Assembly: GCA_963716725.1 (NCBI GenBank)
Contig: CAVQUB010000006.1
Location: forward strand, 160,001-224,000
Length of the DNA stretch: 64,000 bases
Direction of reading: 5' to 3'
Origin: an uncultured delta proteobacterium
GTDB taxonomy: Bacteria; Myxococcota_A; Polyangia; Polyangiales; Polyangiaceae
Position 1 is the stretch's first letter, and every line of letters starts with the position of its first letter. The translations under genes were made by a program, and so were the position numbers. Shown in pieces: positions 1 to 13,113 of the stretch. Under the pieces are notes generated by a model. It was not told the DNA's origin, searched no databases, and saw only the letters and a list, made by a program, of their open reading frames with translations.

Positions 1-565
1 TGCACGACAACCCGTCCGTGAAGGTCACGTCCGCTTGGCAGCTCACGCCCGAGGGCGCGCCGCACTGACAGGTCGGACACGTGACCGTGCCGGCTTCGAC
101 CGTTGAACTCGCGGTCTGCTTGATCGTGGGATAGGTGGCCGGACACGACGGCGCCGCTGCCGCGCCCTCGTAGTAAATCGCCGGCCCCTGCCAGCCTACG
201 GGTGGGTCGGGCACGCAAGTGCCGTTGGTGCAGGCTGCGCCACCGGTGCCGCCCGTGCCGCCGCCGCCCGTGCCGCCGCCGCCCGTGCCGCCACCGCCCG
301 TGCCGCCGCCGCCCGTGCCGCCGCCGCCGGTACCACCGCCGCCGCCGGCACCACCGACTCCACCGACTCCACCGACTCCACCGACTCCACCGACGCCGCC
401 GGTAGCCCCGACGCCACCGACGCCGCCGGTAGCTCCGACGCCACCGCCCGTCCCGTAGAACTGATCGTCTTCGATGAAGGTGAAGTCAGGAAAGCCGCAG
501 CTGGTCAGCGCGAGCAGCGCGCCGAGTGTCGAGAGTCGCCTCGAGAGATCAGAACGCGCCGACAA
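1..565 (-). CDS. Gly/Thr-rich, Cys-rich lipoprotein (runs off the window edge)
   Basis: Hand translation from TTG at 565 after AAGGAG: LSARSDLSRRLSTLGALLALTSCGFPDF, then (GGVGG/GGTGG)n, then ACTNGTCVPDPPVGWQGP; lipobox-like LTSC; not in the ORF track. Confidence 0.7.
   Translation of the reverse strand, partial: MSARSDLSRRLSTLGALLALTSCGFPDFTFIEDDQFYGTGGGVGATGGVGGVGATGGVGGVGGVGGVGGVGGAGGGGGTGGGGTGGGGTGGGGTGGGGTGGGGTGGTGGAACTNGTCVPDPPVGWQGPAIYYEGAAAAPSCPATYPTIKQTASSTVEAGTVTCPTCQCGAPSGVSCQADVTFTDGLSC
240..455. repeat. Low-complexity coding repeats (GGGGT and GGV units)
   Basis: Tandem gccgccgccgcccgt and ccaccgact units. Confidence 0.9.
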
Positions 566-1589
566 GGTTCACTCCTTTGAGCTCAGGGCCCGGAAGCACG
601 TTCAAGCGAACGCGGGCAGCCTTGGGTTTCTCTCCGCCGCCGCCCCCGCTCATCAGCATGACAGCGGCAACCCCGATGCCGACCACGCCGACACCCAACC
701 CCACGTTGGCCATGAGCGCGTAGCTCTTGCCGTCGTCCGCAAGAGTCTGCTTCGACTTCGGGCAGGTGCCGTCGCCCCGACAGACGTCCTCGAGCTGGGA
801 CTTTGCGTCGTTCATCTGGAGATAGAAGTAGCCGCCCGCAGCCAGCCCCAGCACGCCCACCCCACCGATGATCCACGGCAGCGCCCCGGGGCCCGTCTTC
901 TTGATTTCGATCGGGGGTTTTTCGTCGGGCGGGTCGTCGGGTTTCGGCCCACCGACGACGGGCGCCTTGGTCGCCCAGTCTTCTGGCGGCACGAGCTCCA
1001 GGCTCTTGGTCTCGCCTTCGGCGAGCGTGACCGTCTCTTCGAATTCGCGCCCCTTGCTCTTGGCAACGACCCGGTGTGGGCCGGGATCGACCGACACTTC
1101 CTTGCCGATCTGGGCCTCCCCGATCACCACGCCGTCGAGCTCGACTTTGACCGACTCGGCGCCCTTGCCCCGGCTGATCACCAGCTTTGGAACTCGCGCC
1201 TCGAGCTCGGTGCGGGCCTTGACGATCTCGTCCAGCTCTTTCGCGCTCTGCTGTTGGGCCTCGTACTCAGCGATGCGGTACTCGCCGAGCGCCTCGTTCA
1301 ATCGGCCAAGGTGCTCTTTGCAGCGACCGACGTGGTAGCGCACCGCAGGCGTGGTCTTGACCCTGCCGACTTCGTTGAACTTGGCGAGCGCGCCCGCCCA
1401 GTCGCCGGCGGCCTCGAGACTGAGGCCCTCCTTGAACAGGGCGCGAGCCTTGGCCAGCTCGACGGCGGTCTGGGCCTCGGCGAGCGCCGGCGTGAGCATC
1501 ACGCCGAAAAAGCCCGAGGTGGCCGAGAACGATGCCAGCGTGAGCGCAGCTGCCAAGCGTCTAAGTCGCATTCCCCGCGAGTCTAGCAC
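549..1589 (-). CDS. TPR + PEGA-like domain protein with C-terminal hydrophobic segments
   Basis: Signal peptide, helical TPR-like N-terminus (ARALFKEG..AGDWAGALAKF), PEGA-like VDPGPHRVVA, C-terminal hydrophobic helices. Confidence 0.75.
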   Translation of the reverse strand: MLDSRGMRLRRLAAALTLASFSATSGFFGVMLTPALAEAQTAVELAKARALFKEGLSLEAAGDWAGALAKFNEVGRVKTTPAVRYHVGRCKEHLGRLNEALGEYRIAEYEAQQQSAKELDEIVKARTELEARVPKLVISRGKGAESVKVELDGVVIGEAQIGKEVSVDPGPHRVVAKSKGREFEETVTLAEGETKSLELVPPEDWATKAPVVGGPKPDDPPDEKPPIEIKKTGPGALPWIIGGVGVLGLAAGGYFYLQMNDAKSQLEDVCRGDGTCPKSKQTLADDGKSYALMANVGLGVGVVGIGVAAVMLMSGGGGGEKPKAARVRLNVLPGPELKGVNLVGAF

Positions 1590-1628
1590 CGGATTGTCCC
1601 TCGCCGCGAATCCAGGTGGGGGCGCCCC

Positions 1629-2441
1629 CTAGCCCGGGAGCGGAGGTCTCGCGGAGGCTCGATCGTGCCGGAGCGCTTGCCGCTCGGCCTCCGCCACCAG
1701 CCGGGAGTACGCATCGAAACGCTCCGGAACCTCTCTCCGCGCCGGCAGGGACGCTCCCGGCATCGGCGTCGCAGAGCGAGTCGAGCCGGACCCGCCCGTG
1801 AACGACGCGACGCTCGAGACCTTGCTCGCTCGATCCACCCGCACTCCGATCCGCTCCCCGAGGGCGTCCACCAGACGGTCCAGATCCTGGGCCCCGCCGC
1901 TTTGCTCCCCGAGGATCGAGAAATCGAAGCTCCGCGCGTCGATGCGCGCGGACCAGAGCACGGTCGCGAAGTGGAAGTCGGCTGCCGCGAAGCCGTCGAT
2001 GGGCGGCGTGCTGACGACCTCGAGGCTCGCCTCCGGTGCGATCGCCCGGAAGGTCGCGCTGGAGCTGAATCGACGCCGGGAGCCGACCTGGACCTCTCCC
2101 CGCACCACCGCCAGCACCGCCCGAAAGGGAATGGGCATCTCCCGCTCCGTCAGGTGCAGCACGAGGCTGCTGTCGGTGACCTCCACCGCGCGCAGGGGCA
2201 CGAAGAGGCGGGCCGGGTCGGACGCGACCGCCGAATCCACCACGGCCACCCGAAAGCCCTGCGAACGGAGCCGATGCGCGAGCTCTTCGGCCCGATCCAC
2301 GTCCCCCAGGGCCCGGACCACGCCCCAAGCCGATGGTCGCAGCTTGGTCTTGAGCTCGTAGGGCAAGAGCCCGGTCAGCTCGGCGAGCCGTCCGTACTCG
2401 TCGTCGCTACCCGAAAAAGGAGGCCCGATCAGCACCAACAT
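1629..2441 (-). CDS. Hypothetical protein
   Basis: 270 aa ORF with normal globular composition; co-oriented with the downstream gene. Confidence 0.65.
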   Translation of the reverse strand: MLVLIGPPFSGSDDEYGRLAELTGLLPYELKTKLRPSAWGVVRALGDVDRAEELAHRLRSQGFRVAVVDSAVASDPARLFVPLRAVEVTDSSLVLHLTEREMPIPFRAVLAVVRGEVQVGSRRRFSSSATFRAIAPEASLEVVSTPPIDGFAAADFHFATVLWSARIDARSFDFSILGEQSGGAQDLDRLVDALGERIGVRVDRASKVSSVASFTGGSGSTRSATPMPGASLPARREVPERFDAYSRLVAEAERQALRHDRASARPPLPG

Positions 2442-2581
2442 GGCGTTCTTGGAGGCCGAATCTTACGCGACCCGAGTCACCCGGCCGAAAAACCGGCAAG
2501 CCCCCCATCGCCTTGGTCGCAAAAACCCCTAGCTTCGTGATAAACGACCCGTGATAGGAACGAGGGAGAGGTTAGCGCGAC

Positions 2582-2806
2582 ATGGACATCAACTGGGCCC
2601 CATTCGTCAAAGCAATCGTCGCGTCGATCGTCTACTCGCTGATCGGCATCGTCATGTTTGCCATCAGCTTCTTGGTCATCAAGCTGGTGACGCCGTTCTC
2701 GCTTCGCAAAGAGATCGAAGAAGACCAGAACACCGCGCTGGCCATCATGATCGGCTCGGTGATCCTCGGTCTGAGCATCATCATCGCATCAGCCATCGGC
2801 GGCTGA
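2582..2806 (+). CDS. DUF350 family small membrane protein
   Basis: Two TM helices with TPFSLRKEIEEDQNTALAI; directly upstream of a spermidine synthase-like gene. Confidence 0.85.
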   Translation: MDINWAPFVKAIVASIVYSLIGIVMFAISFLVIKLVTPFSLRKEIEEDQNTALAIMIGSVILGLSIIIASAIGG

Positions 2807-2834
2807 GCGCGACCCGAACGCGAGCGTCGTCCCG

Positions 2835-4421
2835 ATGACGGACGAGGGCGACTCCGCCGAATCGAATCCAACCGGTTGGCCTGATCCGACGCGCCCGGTC
2901 GCGCGCCGGCAGCAGGCCAGCGTGCTGCTCGGCATGGTGCTGGTCATCGCCACCGCCGGGCTCGTCTACGAGCTGGCGATGGCGGCCGTCGCGAGCTACG
3001 TGCTCGGCGACTCGGTCACGCAGTTCTCGACCATCATCGGTGTGTACCTGTCCGCGATGGGGCTCGGGGCGTGGCTCTCGCGTTTCGCCGAGCGCCGCCT
3101 CGCGCTCCTGTTCGTCGACATCGAGCTGGCGACGGCGCTGATCGGTGGCCTGTGCGCGCCGGGGTTGTTCCTGGCGTTTTCCTACACCAACGCCTTCCGC
3201 CTGATCCTGTACGCCACCGTCGTTGCCGTCGGCGTCTTGGTCGGCCTCGAGCTACCGCTCTTGATGCGCATCTTGCGCCGCGAGCTCGAGTTCAAGGAGC
3301 TGGTCGCACGGGCCCTCACCTTCGACTACGCGGGCGCATTGGTCGGCTCCCTGGCCTTCTCGCTGTTCTTGGTGCCCCGGCTCGGGCTCGTGCACACCTC
3401 CCTGGTTTCTGGCCTGCTCAACGCAGCCGTCGGCCTGCTCTCCACCTACGTGCTCGTGCCCGAGAGCGAGGACGAACGCCGCGGCATGGGCAGGGCGCGC
3501 CTGCGTGCGGTGTTCGTGGTCGTCGTGCTGGGGCTCGCGCTCTTCGAAGGGCGCCGCCTGACGTCAATGGCCGAAGCCCAGAGCTTCGGCGGTCCGGTGA
3601 TCCATTCGACCACGTCGCCGTATCAACGCATCGTGCTCTCGGAGCGCGGCGCCGGCTTCGCGCTCCACCTCAACGGGAACCTCCAGTTCTCGAGCCTCGA
3701 CGAGCACCGCTATCACGAGGCGCTGGTCCATCCCGCGATGGCCGCCGTGGCATCGCCCCGGCGGGTGCTGGTGGGCGGAGGCGGGGACGGCCTGGCGGTA
3801 CGCGAAATCTTGCGCTGGCCCGAGGTCGAGCGGGTCGTGCTGGTGGATCTCGACCCGGCGGTGACCGACCTCGCTCGCACCAACGACCGGCTGGTGGCGC
3901 AGAACCGGGCGGCGCTCGCGGATCCGAAGGTCTCGGTGGTCAACGCCGACGCCATGAGCTTCATCGCCGACAGCAGCGAGCGCTTCGACGTCGTGGTGCT
4001 GGATTTCCCCGATCCGAGCAACTACTCGGTCGGCAAGCTGTACAGCACCACGCTCTACACGAAAGTGCGCCGGCTCCTGGCCCCTGGCGGCAAGCTCGTG
4101 GTGCAGTCCACGTCGCCGCTCTTGGCGCGGCGTTCGTTCTGGTGCGTGGTGAGCACGCTCCGGACCTCCGGTTTCACGGTCATGCCCTACCGCGTCTTCG
4201 TTCCCAGCTTCGCGGACTGGGGCTTCGTGCTGGCGGGTCTCGAGAGCTTCGACCGCCCGACCCGCCTGCCGCCAGCGGCTCTGGCCTACCTCGACCCGCG
4301 GACTCTGGAGCACCTGTTCGACCTGCCCGCTGACGTGAGCGAGGTGCCGGTCGACGCGAACCGGCTGAACAACCAGGCCCTGGTCTCGTACTATCTGCGC
4401 GAGTGGAGCCGATGGGAGTGA
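2835..4421 (+). CDS. speE: Polyamine aminopropyltransferase with N-terminal membrane domain
   Basis: GLVYEL...LGDSVTQFS membrane domain; LNGNLQFSSLDEHRYHEALVH, VLVGGGGDG, LDFPDP motifs. Confidence 0.9.
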   Translation: MTDEGDSAESNPTGWPDPTRPVARRQQASVLLGMVLVIATAGLVYELAMAAVASYVLGDSVTQFSTIIGVYLSAMGLGAWLSRFAERRLALLFVDIELATALIGGLCAPGLFLAFSYTNAFRLILYATVVAVGVLVGLELPLLMRILRRELEFKELVARALTFDYAGALVGSLAFSLFLVPRLGLVHTSLVSGLLNAAVGLLSTYVLVPESEDERRGMGRARLRAVFVVVVLGLALFEGRRLTSMAEAQSFGGPVIHSTTSPYQRIVLSERGAGFALHLNGNLQFSSLDEHRYHEALVHPAMAAVASPRRVLVGGGGDGLAVREILRWPEVERVVLVDLDPAVTDLARTNDRLVAQNRAALADPKVSVVNADAMSFIADSSERFDVVVLDFPDPSNYSVGKLYSTTLYTKVRRLLAPGGKLVVQSTSPLLARRSFWCVVSTLRTSGFTVMPYRVFVPSFADWGFVLAGLESFDRPTRLPPAALAYLDPRTLEHLFDLPADVSEVPVDANRLNNQALVSYYLREWSRWE

Positions 4422-4465
4422 GACGCGAGGCGTGTTAGATGGTCGTCGCCGCGGAGGGAACCACC

Positions 4466-6127
4466 ATGACGCTGAAGACGCAGCTGGACTACGTGCAGAA
4501 GTGGGAGCGCGAGCGCCCGAACGACATCTGGTTCACCCAACCGCTGGGCAAGGGTGAGATCCGGGACCTCAGCTTCAAAGAGGCCCTCGACGAGGCTCGG
4601 CGGATGGCGGCCCACCTCCGCTCCCTCGATTTCCCCGCGCAGTCGAAGATCGCACTGTTCTCCAAGAATACCGCCTGGTGGATCCTCGCCGACATCGCGA
4701 TTTGGATGGCGGGCCACGTTTCGGTGCCGCTCTATCCCACGCTGACGGCGGAGACGATCCGTCAGATCCTCGAGCACAGCGAGGCAAAGCTGATCTTCAT
4801 CGGCAAGCTCGATGGCTTCACGGCCATGGAGCCGGGCATCCCCGACGGCATGCCGCGCATCACCCTGCCCCTCAGCCCCAAGCTCGAGGCACCGGCCTGG
4901 GCCAGCATCGTCGAGAAGACCGAGCCCCTCGCCGGCGAGATCCGCCGCGCCGAGACCGATCTGGCCACCATCGTCTACACCTCCGGCAGCACCGGCGTGC
5001 CCAAGGGCGTGATGCACAGCTTCCAGACCATGATCGCGCCGGGGGAGCGCTTCACGGAGTTCTTCGAGGTGCGAGCCGACGACCGCATGCTCTCCTACCT
5101 GCCCCTCGCCCACGCCTTCGAGCGCTACGTCGTCGAGACCGGCACCATCGGCCGCGGCTTCCACGTGTTCTTCGCCGAGAGCCTCGACACCTTCGTCGAC
5201 GACCTCAAGCGCGCGCGCCCCACGCTCTTCGTCAGCGTCCCGCGGCTGTGGCAGAAGTTCCAGCTCGGTGTCTTCTCGAAGATGCCGGAGCCCAAGCTGT
5301 CGTTCATGCTGAAGGTGCCGATTTTGAGCGGCATCATCAAGAAGAAGGTGCTCGGCGGCCTGGGCTTCGATCAGGTCCGCATCGCGGGCAGCGGCTCTGC
5401 GCCGATCCCGGCCGAACTCATCTCTTGGTACCGCTCGCTCGGGCTCGATTTGCTCGAAGGCTACGGCATGAGCGAGAACTTCAGCTACTCGCACATGACG
5501 CTTCCAGGCGACGTGCGCGTCGGCTACGTCGGCAAGGCCTGCGCCGGCGTCGAATGCAAGCTGAGCCCCGAGGGCGAGGTCTTGGTCAAGAGCCCGGGCA
5601 CCATGCTCGGCTACTTCAAGGCGCCCGATCTGACCGCCGAGATGTTCACCGAAGACGGCTTCCTCAAGACCGGTGACCGCGGAGAGCTCGACGCCGACGG
5701 TCGCCTCAAGATCACCGGTCGCGTGAAGGAGCTGTTCAAGACCAGCAAGGGCAAGTACGTCGCGCCGTCCCCCATCGAGAACAAGCTCCTGCTGCACTCC
5801 GACGTCGAGCAGGCGCTGGTGACGGGCAATGGCTTTCCGCAGCCCTACGGCCTGGTCGTCCTGAGCGAGCAGGCTCGGAAGCGGGTCCAAGACGACGCCG
5901 CGAAGGAGCAGCTCTCGGTCACGCTGAAGGGCCATCTCGACGAGGTCAACGCGAGCCTGGACCAACACGAGCAGCTCGATCTGCTCGTCGTGGTGAGTGA
6001 CGAGTGGACCATCGAGAATGGGCTGCTCACGCCGACCATGAAGCTCAAGCGCAGCGCCATCGAAACCAAGTACGGCGATCTCGCCCCGACCTGGTACGAC
6101 CAGAAGCAGCCCGTGGTCTGGGCCTGA
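4466..6127 (+). CDS. Long-chain fatty acid-CoA ligase (AMP-binding)
   Basis: YTSGSTGVPKG, EGYGMSE, KTGDRG, TPTMKLKR motifs. Confidence 0.92.
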   Translation: MTLKTQLDYVQKWERERPNDIWFTQPLGKGEIRDLSFKEALDEARRMAAHLRSLDFPAQSKIALFSKNTAWWILADIAIWMAGHVSVPLYPTLTAETIRQILEHSEAKLIFIGKLDGFTAMEPGIPDGMPRITLPLSPKLEAPAWASIVEKTEPLAGEIRRAETDLATIVYTSGSTGVPKGVMHSFQTMIAPGERFTEFFEVRADDRMLSYLPLAHAFERYVVETGTIGRGFHVFFAESLDTFVDDLKRARPTLFVSVPRLWQKFQLGVFSKMPEPKLSFMLKVPILSGIIKKKVLGGLGFDQVRIAGSGSAPIPAELISWYRSLGLDLLEGYGMSENFSYSHMTLPGDVRVGYVGKACAGVECKLSPEGEVLVKSPGTMLGYFKAPDLTAEMFTEDGFLKTGDRGELDADGRLKITGRVKELFKTSKGKYVAPSPIENKLLLHSDVEQALVTGNGFPQPYGLVVLSEQARKRVQDDAAKEQLSVTLKGHLDEVNASLDQHEQLDLLVVVSDEWTIENGLLTPTMKLKRSAIETKYGDLAPTWYDQKQPVVWA

Positions 6128-7793
6128 TCAGAAGCCCGGATCGGTCACCGGAGGCGGAACGAAGCCGGTTCCCTTCTTGGGATCGGGCTTCTTCGGATCC
6201 TTTTCTTTCGGATCCTTGGCATCCTTCTCCTTCGGATCGGCGCCTTGGCATCCTTCTCCGGCGGCTTCGCCGGGCCCTGAGGGGCGACCCCTGGGTTCGC
6301 AGCGGCGCCCTTCTCCACGGCGAGCTGGTTCAGGTCGATGGCGCCGGACTCGTCGAGCTTCTCGCCCGAGCCCACGGGCGCCGGCACCTCGGCAATGGCC
6401 GATGCCGTGGGCGCAGGGACGGGTGGCGTCGCCGCGGCGCTATCGCCGGACCCCCGGCCCCGAGGAACTTCGTGGCGACGAGAGCGCCACCGACCAGCAC
6501 CGCGGCGACCAGCAAGCCGCCAATCACCCACAGCGCACCACTGCTCTTCTTCTTCGCAGGAGGCTCCGACGGCAGCTGTGTACCAAAGGGAGTCTCGGGG
6601 GCGCTCATCGCGCTGCTGGTAAACTCGGGCGTCGACGGGCGAGAGAACGAGCCGCTGGGCGTGGGAGCGGTGAGGCCCGTCACCGAGACGCGCGCGTGCT
6701 CGGGGCTCGACGGCGCGCCGAAGGGAGCCGGCGCGACGCGAGTGCCGAGCTCCGGTACGCGGCCCAGGGAAGCACTGACCTCGAAGGCCGCCGAACGTTC
6801 GTCCGCCAAGCGGACCGCTTCTTTCAGGGCGGCGCGGCGTTCGTTGCCGCGGTCTCCGAGCATGGCCGACACGAACTTGCCGACGTCGTCTTGACGGATG
6901 CGAGGGACCGTTGGCGGAAACACTCGGTCGAGGGCGGCCTCGAGCTCGGCGGCGGTCTGATGGCGCTTGTCCGGGTCGCGATCGAGCGCCTTCAACACCA
7001 CGGCCTCGAGCGGCTTCGGGTACTCCTTGTCGTACGCCCGCGGGGGAATGATCGGTCGATCCGACACGATGTTCTGCAGCGTGATCATGTCGTTCTCGCC
7101 GCGGAACGGATGTTTGCCGGTGGTGAGCTGGTAGAGGATGATGCCCAGCGCGAAGATGTCCGTGCGCCGATCGATCTCCTTGCCGAGCGCCTGCTCGGGC
7201 GACATGTACGGCGGCTTGCCTTTGATCTGACCCGAGTTGGTATGCTCCACCGTGCGACCGGCGGCCTTGGCGACGCCGAAGTCGACGATCTTCACCACCC
7301 CGTCGAAGGTGAGCAGCACGTTCTGCGGTGAGATGTCTCGGTGCACCAATCCCACGGACTCACCGTGCTCGTCCTTGAGCTCGTGCGCCGCGTGCAGACC
7401 GGCAGCGGCGTCTTGAACGATCTTGACCGCGATGGGACGCGGGACTCCGTCGCGCTTGGCCGCGACGCGCCGGATCGACGACAGGGGCTCGCCGTCGACG
7501 AACTCCATCACCAGGTAGAGCAAGTCGTCTTGTTCGCCGAGATCGAGGATCTCGACCACGTTGGGATGCCGGATGCGCGACGCGAGCTGAGCCTCGTCGA
7601 GGAACATCTGCTCGAAGTGCGGGTTGTCGCTGATGGTCGGCAGCATCGTCTTGACGGCGACCGTCTTGGTGAAGCCGCGCGTGCCCTTCAGGCGCGCAGC
7701 CCACACCGCTGCCATGCCCCCCTGTGCGATCGGCACCAGGAACTCGTACCGGCCCACCGTCTGACCGGGCTGGATTTCCCCGAGAGTCCTCAT
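6128..7793 (-). CDS. Hanks-type membrane Ser/Thr protein kinase; two apparent frameshifts in the C-terminal tail
   Basis: AQGGMAAV, VAVK, HRDISPQN, DFG, YMSPEQ, TM helix; tail continues in other frames to KPDPKKGTGFVPPPVTDPGF-stop at 6128. Confidence 0.88.
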
Positions 7794-7965
7794 TGGTGCG
7801 GCTTAATCGACAAGAGCGTGGCAGACAGCAGGGCATCGCACAAGCCTCCAGACGCTGCCGAGCGCCCCGCGGTCCCAGACCGCCCCGCGGGGCCGGCGGA
7901 GGGGTCCCGAAGGCCGGAGCGTGGGGGCTAGTTGGGGAGCCCCTGTGAGGGACTCCTGTACAACC

Positions 7966-8073
7966 CGGTAGTATCTTGTGTTCAGGCTTCCGAAAGTTCA
8001 GTGCCTTCGACCGCTTAGGTAATCTCGCCCAATCTGTCGTGGTTTTTTCTTGCCCCACCACAAGTGATTGGGG
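7966..8073. promoter_or_regulatory. Putative tandem NrdR boxes
   Basis: 16-mers at 7966, 8027 and 8058 partly match acaCwAtATaTwGtgt; spacings 61 and 31 bp; upstream of an RNR gene. Confidence 0.6.
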
Positions 8074-8279
8074 TAACAAGACCCTCCACCTACCGCGAGA
8101 GCTGTTCGTCGGTGCAGTCGGTCGGACCTACTATCCCCGGCGCATCCCCGAACGCACGTTCAGCTGAACCAGTCCGAGCGCAGTGGGGTTCCTTTTTTCT
8201 TGGCTTGATTGGGTGACGGGGCGGACGCCCAGTTAGCAGCGGACGAACGACGAGGTTGGACAACAGGGGGTCCTAGCGT

Positions 8280-8320
8280 CCTCGCTTCCCAGAGAGGCGG
8301 ACGGCGCGAGGCTTTTTTTT
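8280..8320 (+). terminator. Terminator-like hairpin in the nrdJ leader
   Basis: cctcgc...gcgagg followed by c and T8. Confidence 0.4.
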
Positions 8321-8388
8321 GCCCTGCGGGCGGACGGGTGCCGCGCGCGGGTCGAAGGCAATACATGCCGCAGATGAAGGAGCGAGGG

Positions 8389-11658
<3,270 letters not shown>

Positions 11659-11773
11659 CAGGAGCCCGGCCGAGGGGCCAAAACACCAGGCGGCCCTGAA
11701 AGCTCGGGGTCGCCTGATGCGTTTGCCCCAGAACAATCGTCCACCCGGTGGAATCCTGGTAGAAGTGAGCCCG

Positions 11774-12298
11774 ATGCTGAAGCAAGGCAAGCCCACCGCG
11801 CGAACGGCCGTGGTCGCAGGAGCAGCAATCGTGCTTGCGCTCCTGGCGTGCAAAAAGGAAAACAGCGACACGACCGCTGCAACCGCGACTGCGCTTCCGG
11901 CAGTGTCGGCCCCAACACCCGACCCGCCCAAAGATCCGGAGCCCACCGCCAGCGCCGAGCCCGAGAAGAAGGACGAACCCGCCGCCAAGGCGCCGGTGGT
12001 GAACGTGGTCAAGACCACGACCGACGCAGGTGCGACGGCGAAAGTCGACGCCTCCGTGCCCGACGCCGCCGCACCCGCGGCGAACACCGCGGCCGACGCC
12101 AAGGCCATCGAGGCCTGTTGCGCCAGCCTCGCTGCCGAGTCCAAGAAGCCGACTCCCCACAGCAACAAGTACAAGAGCGCGTCCGCCGTCTGCGGCGGCA
12201 TCGCCGCGCAGGTCAAGAAGGGAAACGCGAACGCGGCCTCGGCTCGGACCACGATCCGCGCGCAGCTGCAAGGCGTTCCCGTCCCCAGCGGTTGCTGA
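11774..12298 (+). CDS. Lipoprotein with Pro/Ala linker and Cys-containing C-terminal domain
   Basis: Lipobox LLAC; C-terminal ACC...C...PSGC. Confidence 0.8.
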   Translation: MLKQGKPTARTAVVAGAAIVLALLACKKENSDTTAATATALPAVSAPTPDPPKDPEPTASAEPEKKDEPAAKAPVVNVVKTTTDAGATAKVDASVPDAAAPAANTAADAKAIEACCASLAAESKKPTPHSNKYKSASAVCGGIAAQVKKGNANAASARTTIRAQLQGVPVPSGC

Positions 12299-12368
12299 CC
12301 CCGCCCCAGATCCAATAGTTTGCCCCTGACCCACGTCTGACTCGAATGCACCGTCTCTGGAGGACCCG

Positions 12369-12806
12369 ATGAAGAAGGCTTCGCAATCTGCAGCGCAAGC
12401 GTTGCTCACCCCCATCATGCTCGGCCTGATGGTGCCGGCGGCCTTGGCTCTCTACGCTGGGTGCAAGAAGGACGAGCCACCACCGCCCCTGCCCGTAGCG
12501 GCGCCCGAGGCGACGGCGAGCGCGCCCTTGGTGATCGAGGTCGAAGACGCTGGCGACGACGGCGACGCGGGCGACGCCGACGCGGACGCGAAGGTCGGCA
12601 AGTACGTGCCGGCGGCCAGCCTCAAGGCTTGTTGCGCTGCGCTCGCGCAGAACGCCGCCAGCGCGCCCCCGCCCACCAGCATCTACATGCTGCAAGCCGC
12701 CGCTGCCTGCAACGCCGCCGTTGCGCAGGGCAAAGACAAGGCGAGCGTCACGGGCATCGTGTCCGGTGCGCTCAAGGGCGCCGGCATGCCGGCCGCCTGC
12801 CGCTGA
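12369..12806 (+). CDS. Lipoprotein, apparent paralog of the upstream gene
   Basis: SD GGAGG; YAGC lipobox-like; ACC...C...PAAC. Confidence 0.8.
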   Translation: MKKASQSAAQALLTPIMLGLMVPAALALYAGCKKDEPPPPLPVAAPEATASAPLVIEVEDAGDDGDAGDADADAKVGKYVPAASLKACCAALAQNAASAPPPTSIYMLQAAAACNAAVAQGKDKASVTGIVSGALKGAGMPAACR

Positions 12807-12863
12807 TCCGGCTTCCCCATCCCCTGCTCCCTCCTCCGCTCCGCCACCGCCTCGCCACGACAA

Positions 12864-13108
12864 AGGCGCAGCGAACGCAGCGAACGCAGGGCACGCGGCC
12901 AAGAGTCTCTTCTGCTCTGAGCCAGAAATTCTCTGCGAACTCCGCGTTCCCCGCGCACTCCGCGCCTCTCGCCCCGCTGCCTCCCAGAAGAGGCGCAGCG
13001 AACGCAGCGAACGCAGGGCACGCGGCCAAGAGTCTCTTCTGCTCTGAGCCAGAAATTCTCTGCGAACTCCGCGTTCCCCGCGCACTCCGCGCCTCTCGCC
13101 CCGCTGCC
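12864..13108. repeat. Two identical 118-bp REP/MITE-like units in tandem
   Basis: 12864-12981 matches 12991-13108; each unit has imperfect inverted ends; intergenic between convergent genes. Confidence 0.9.
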
Positions 13109-13113
13109 AGCGC

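Noticed and set aside
8080..8388. Cobalamin riboswitch
   Set aside because: I could not find the conserved B12-box elements by eye.
12864..13108. CRISPR array
   Set aside because: Only two long identical units with a 9-bp gap; no unique spacers and no cas genes.
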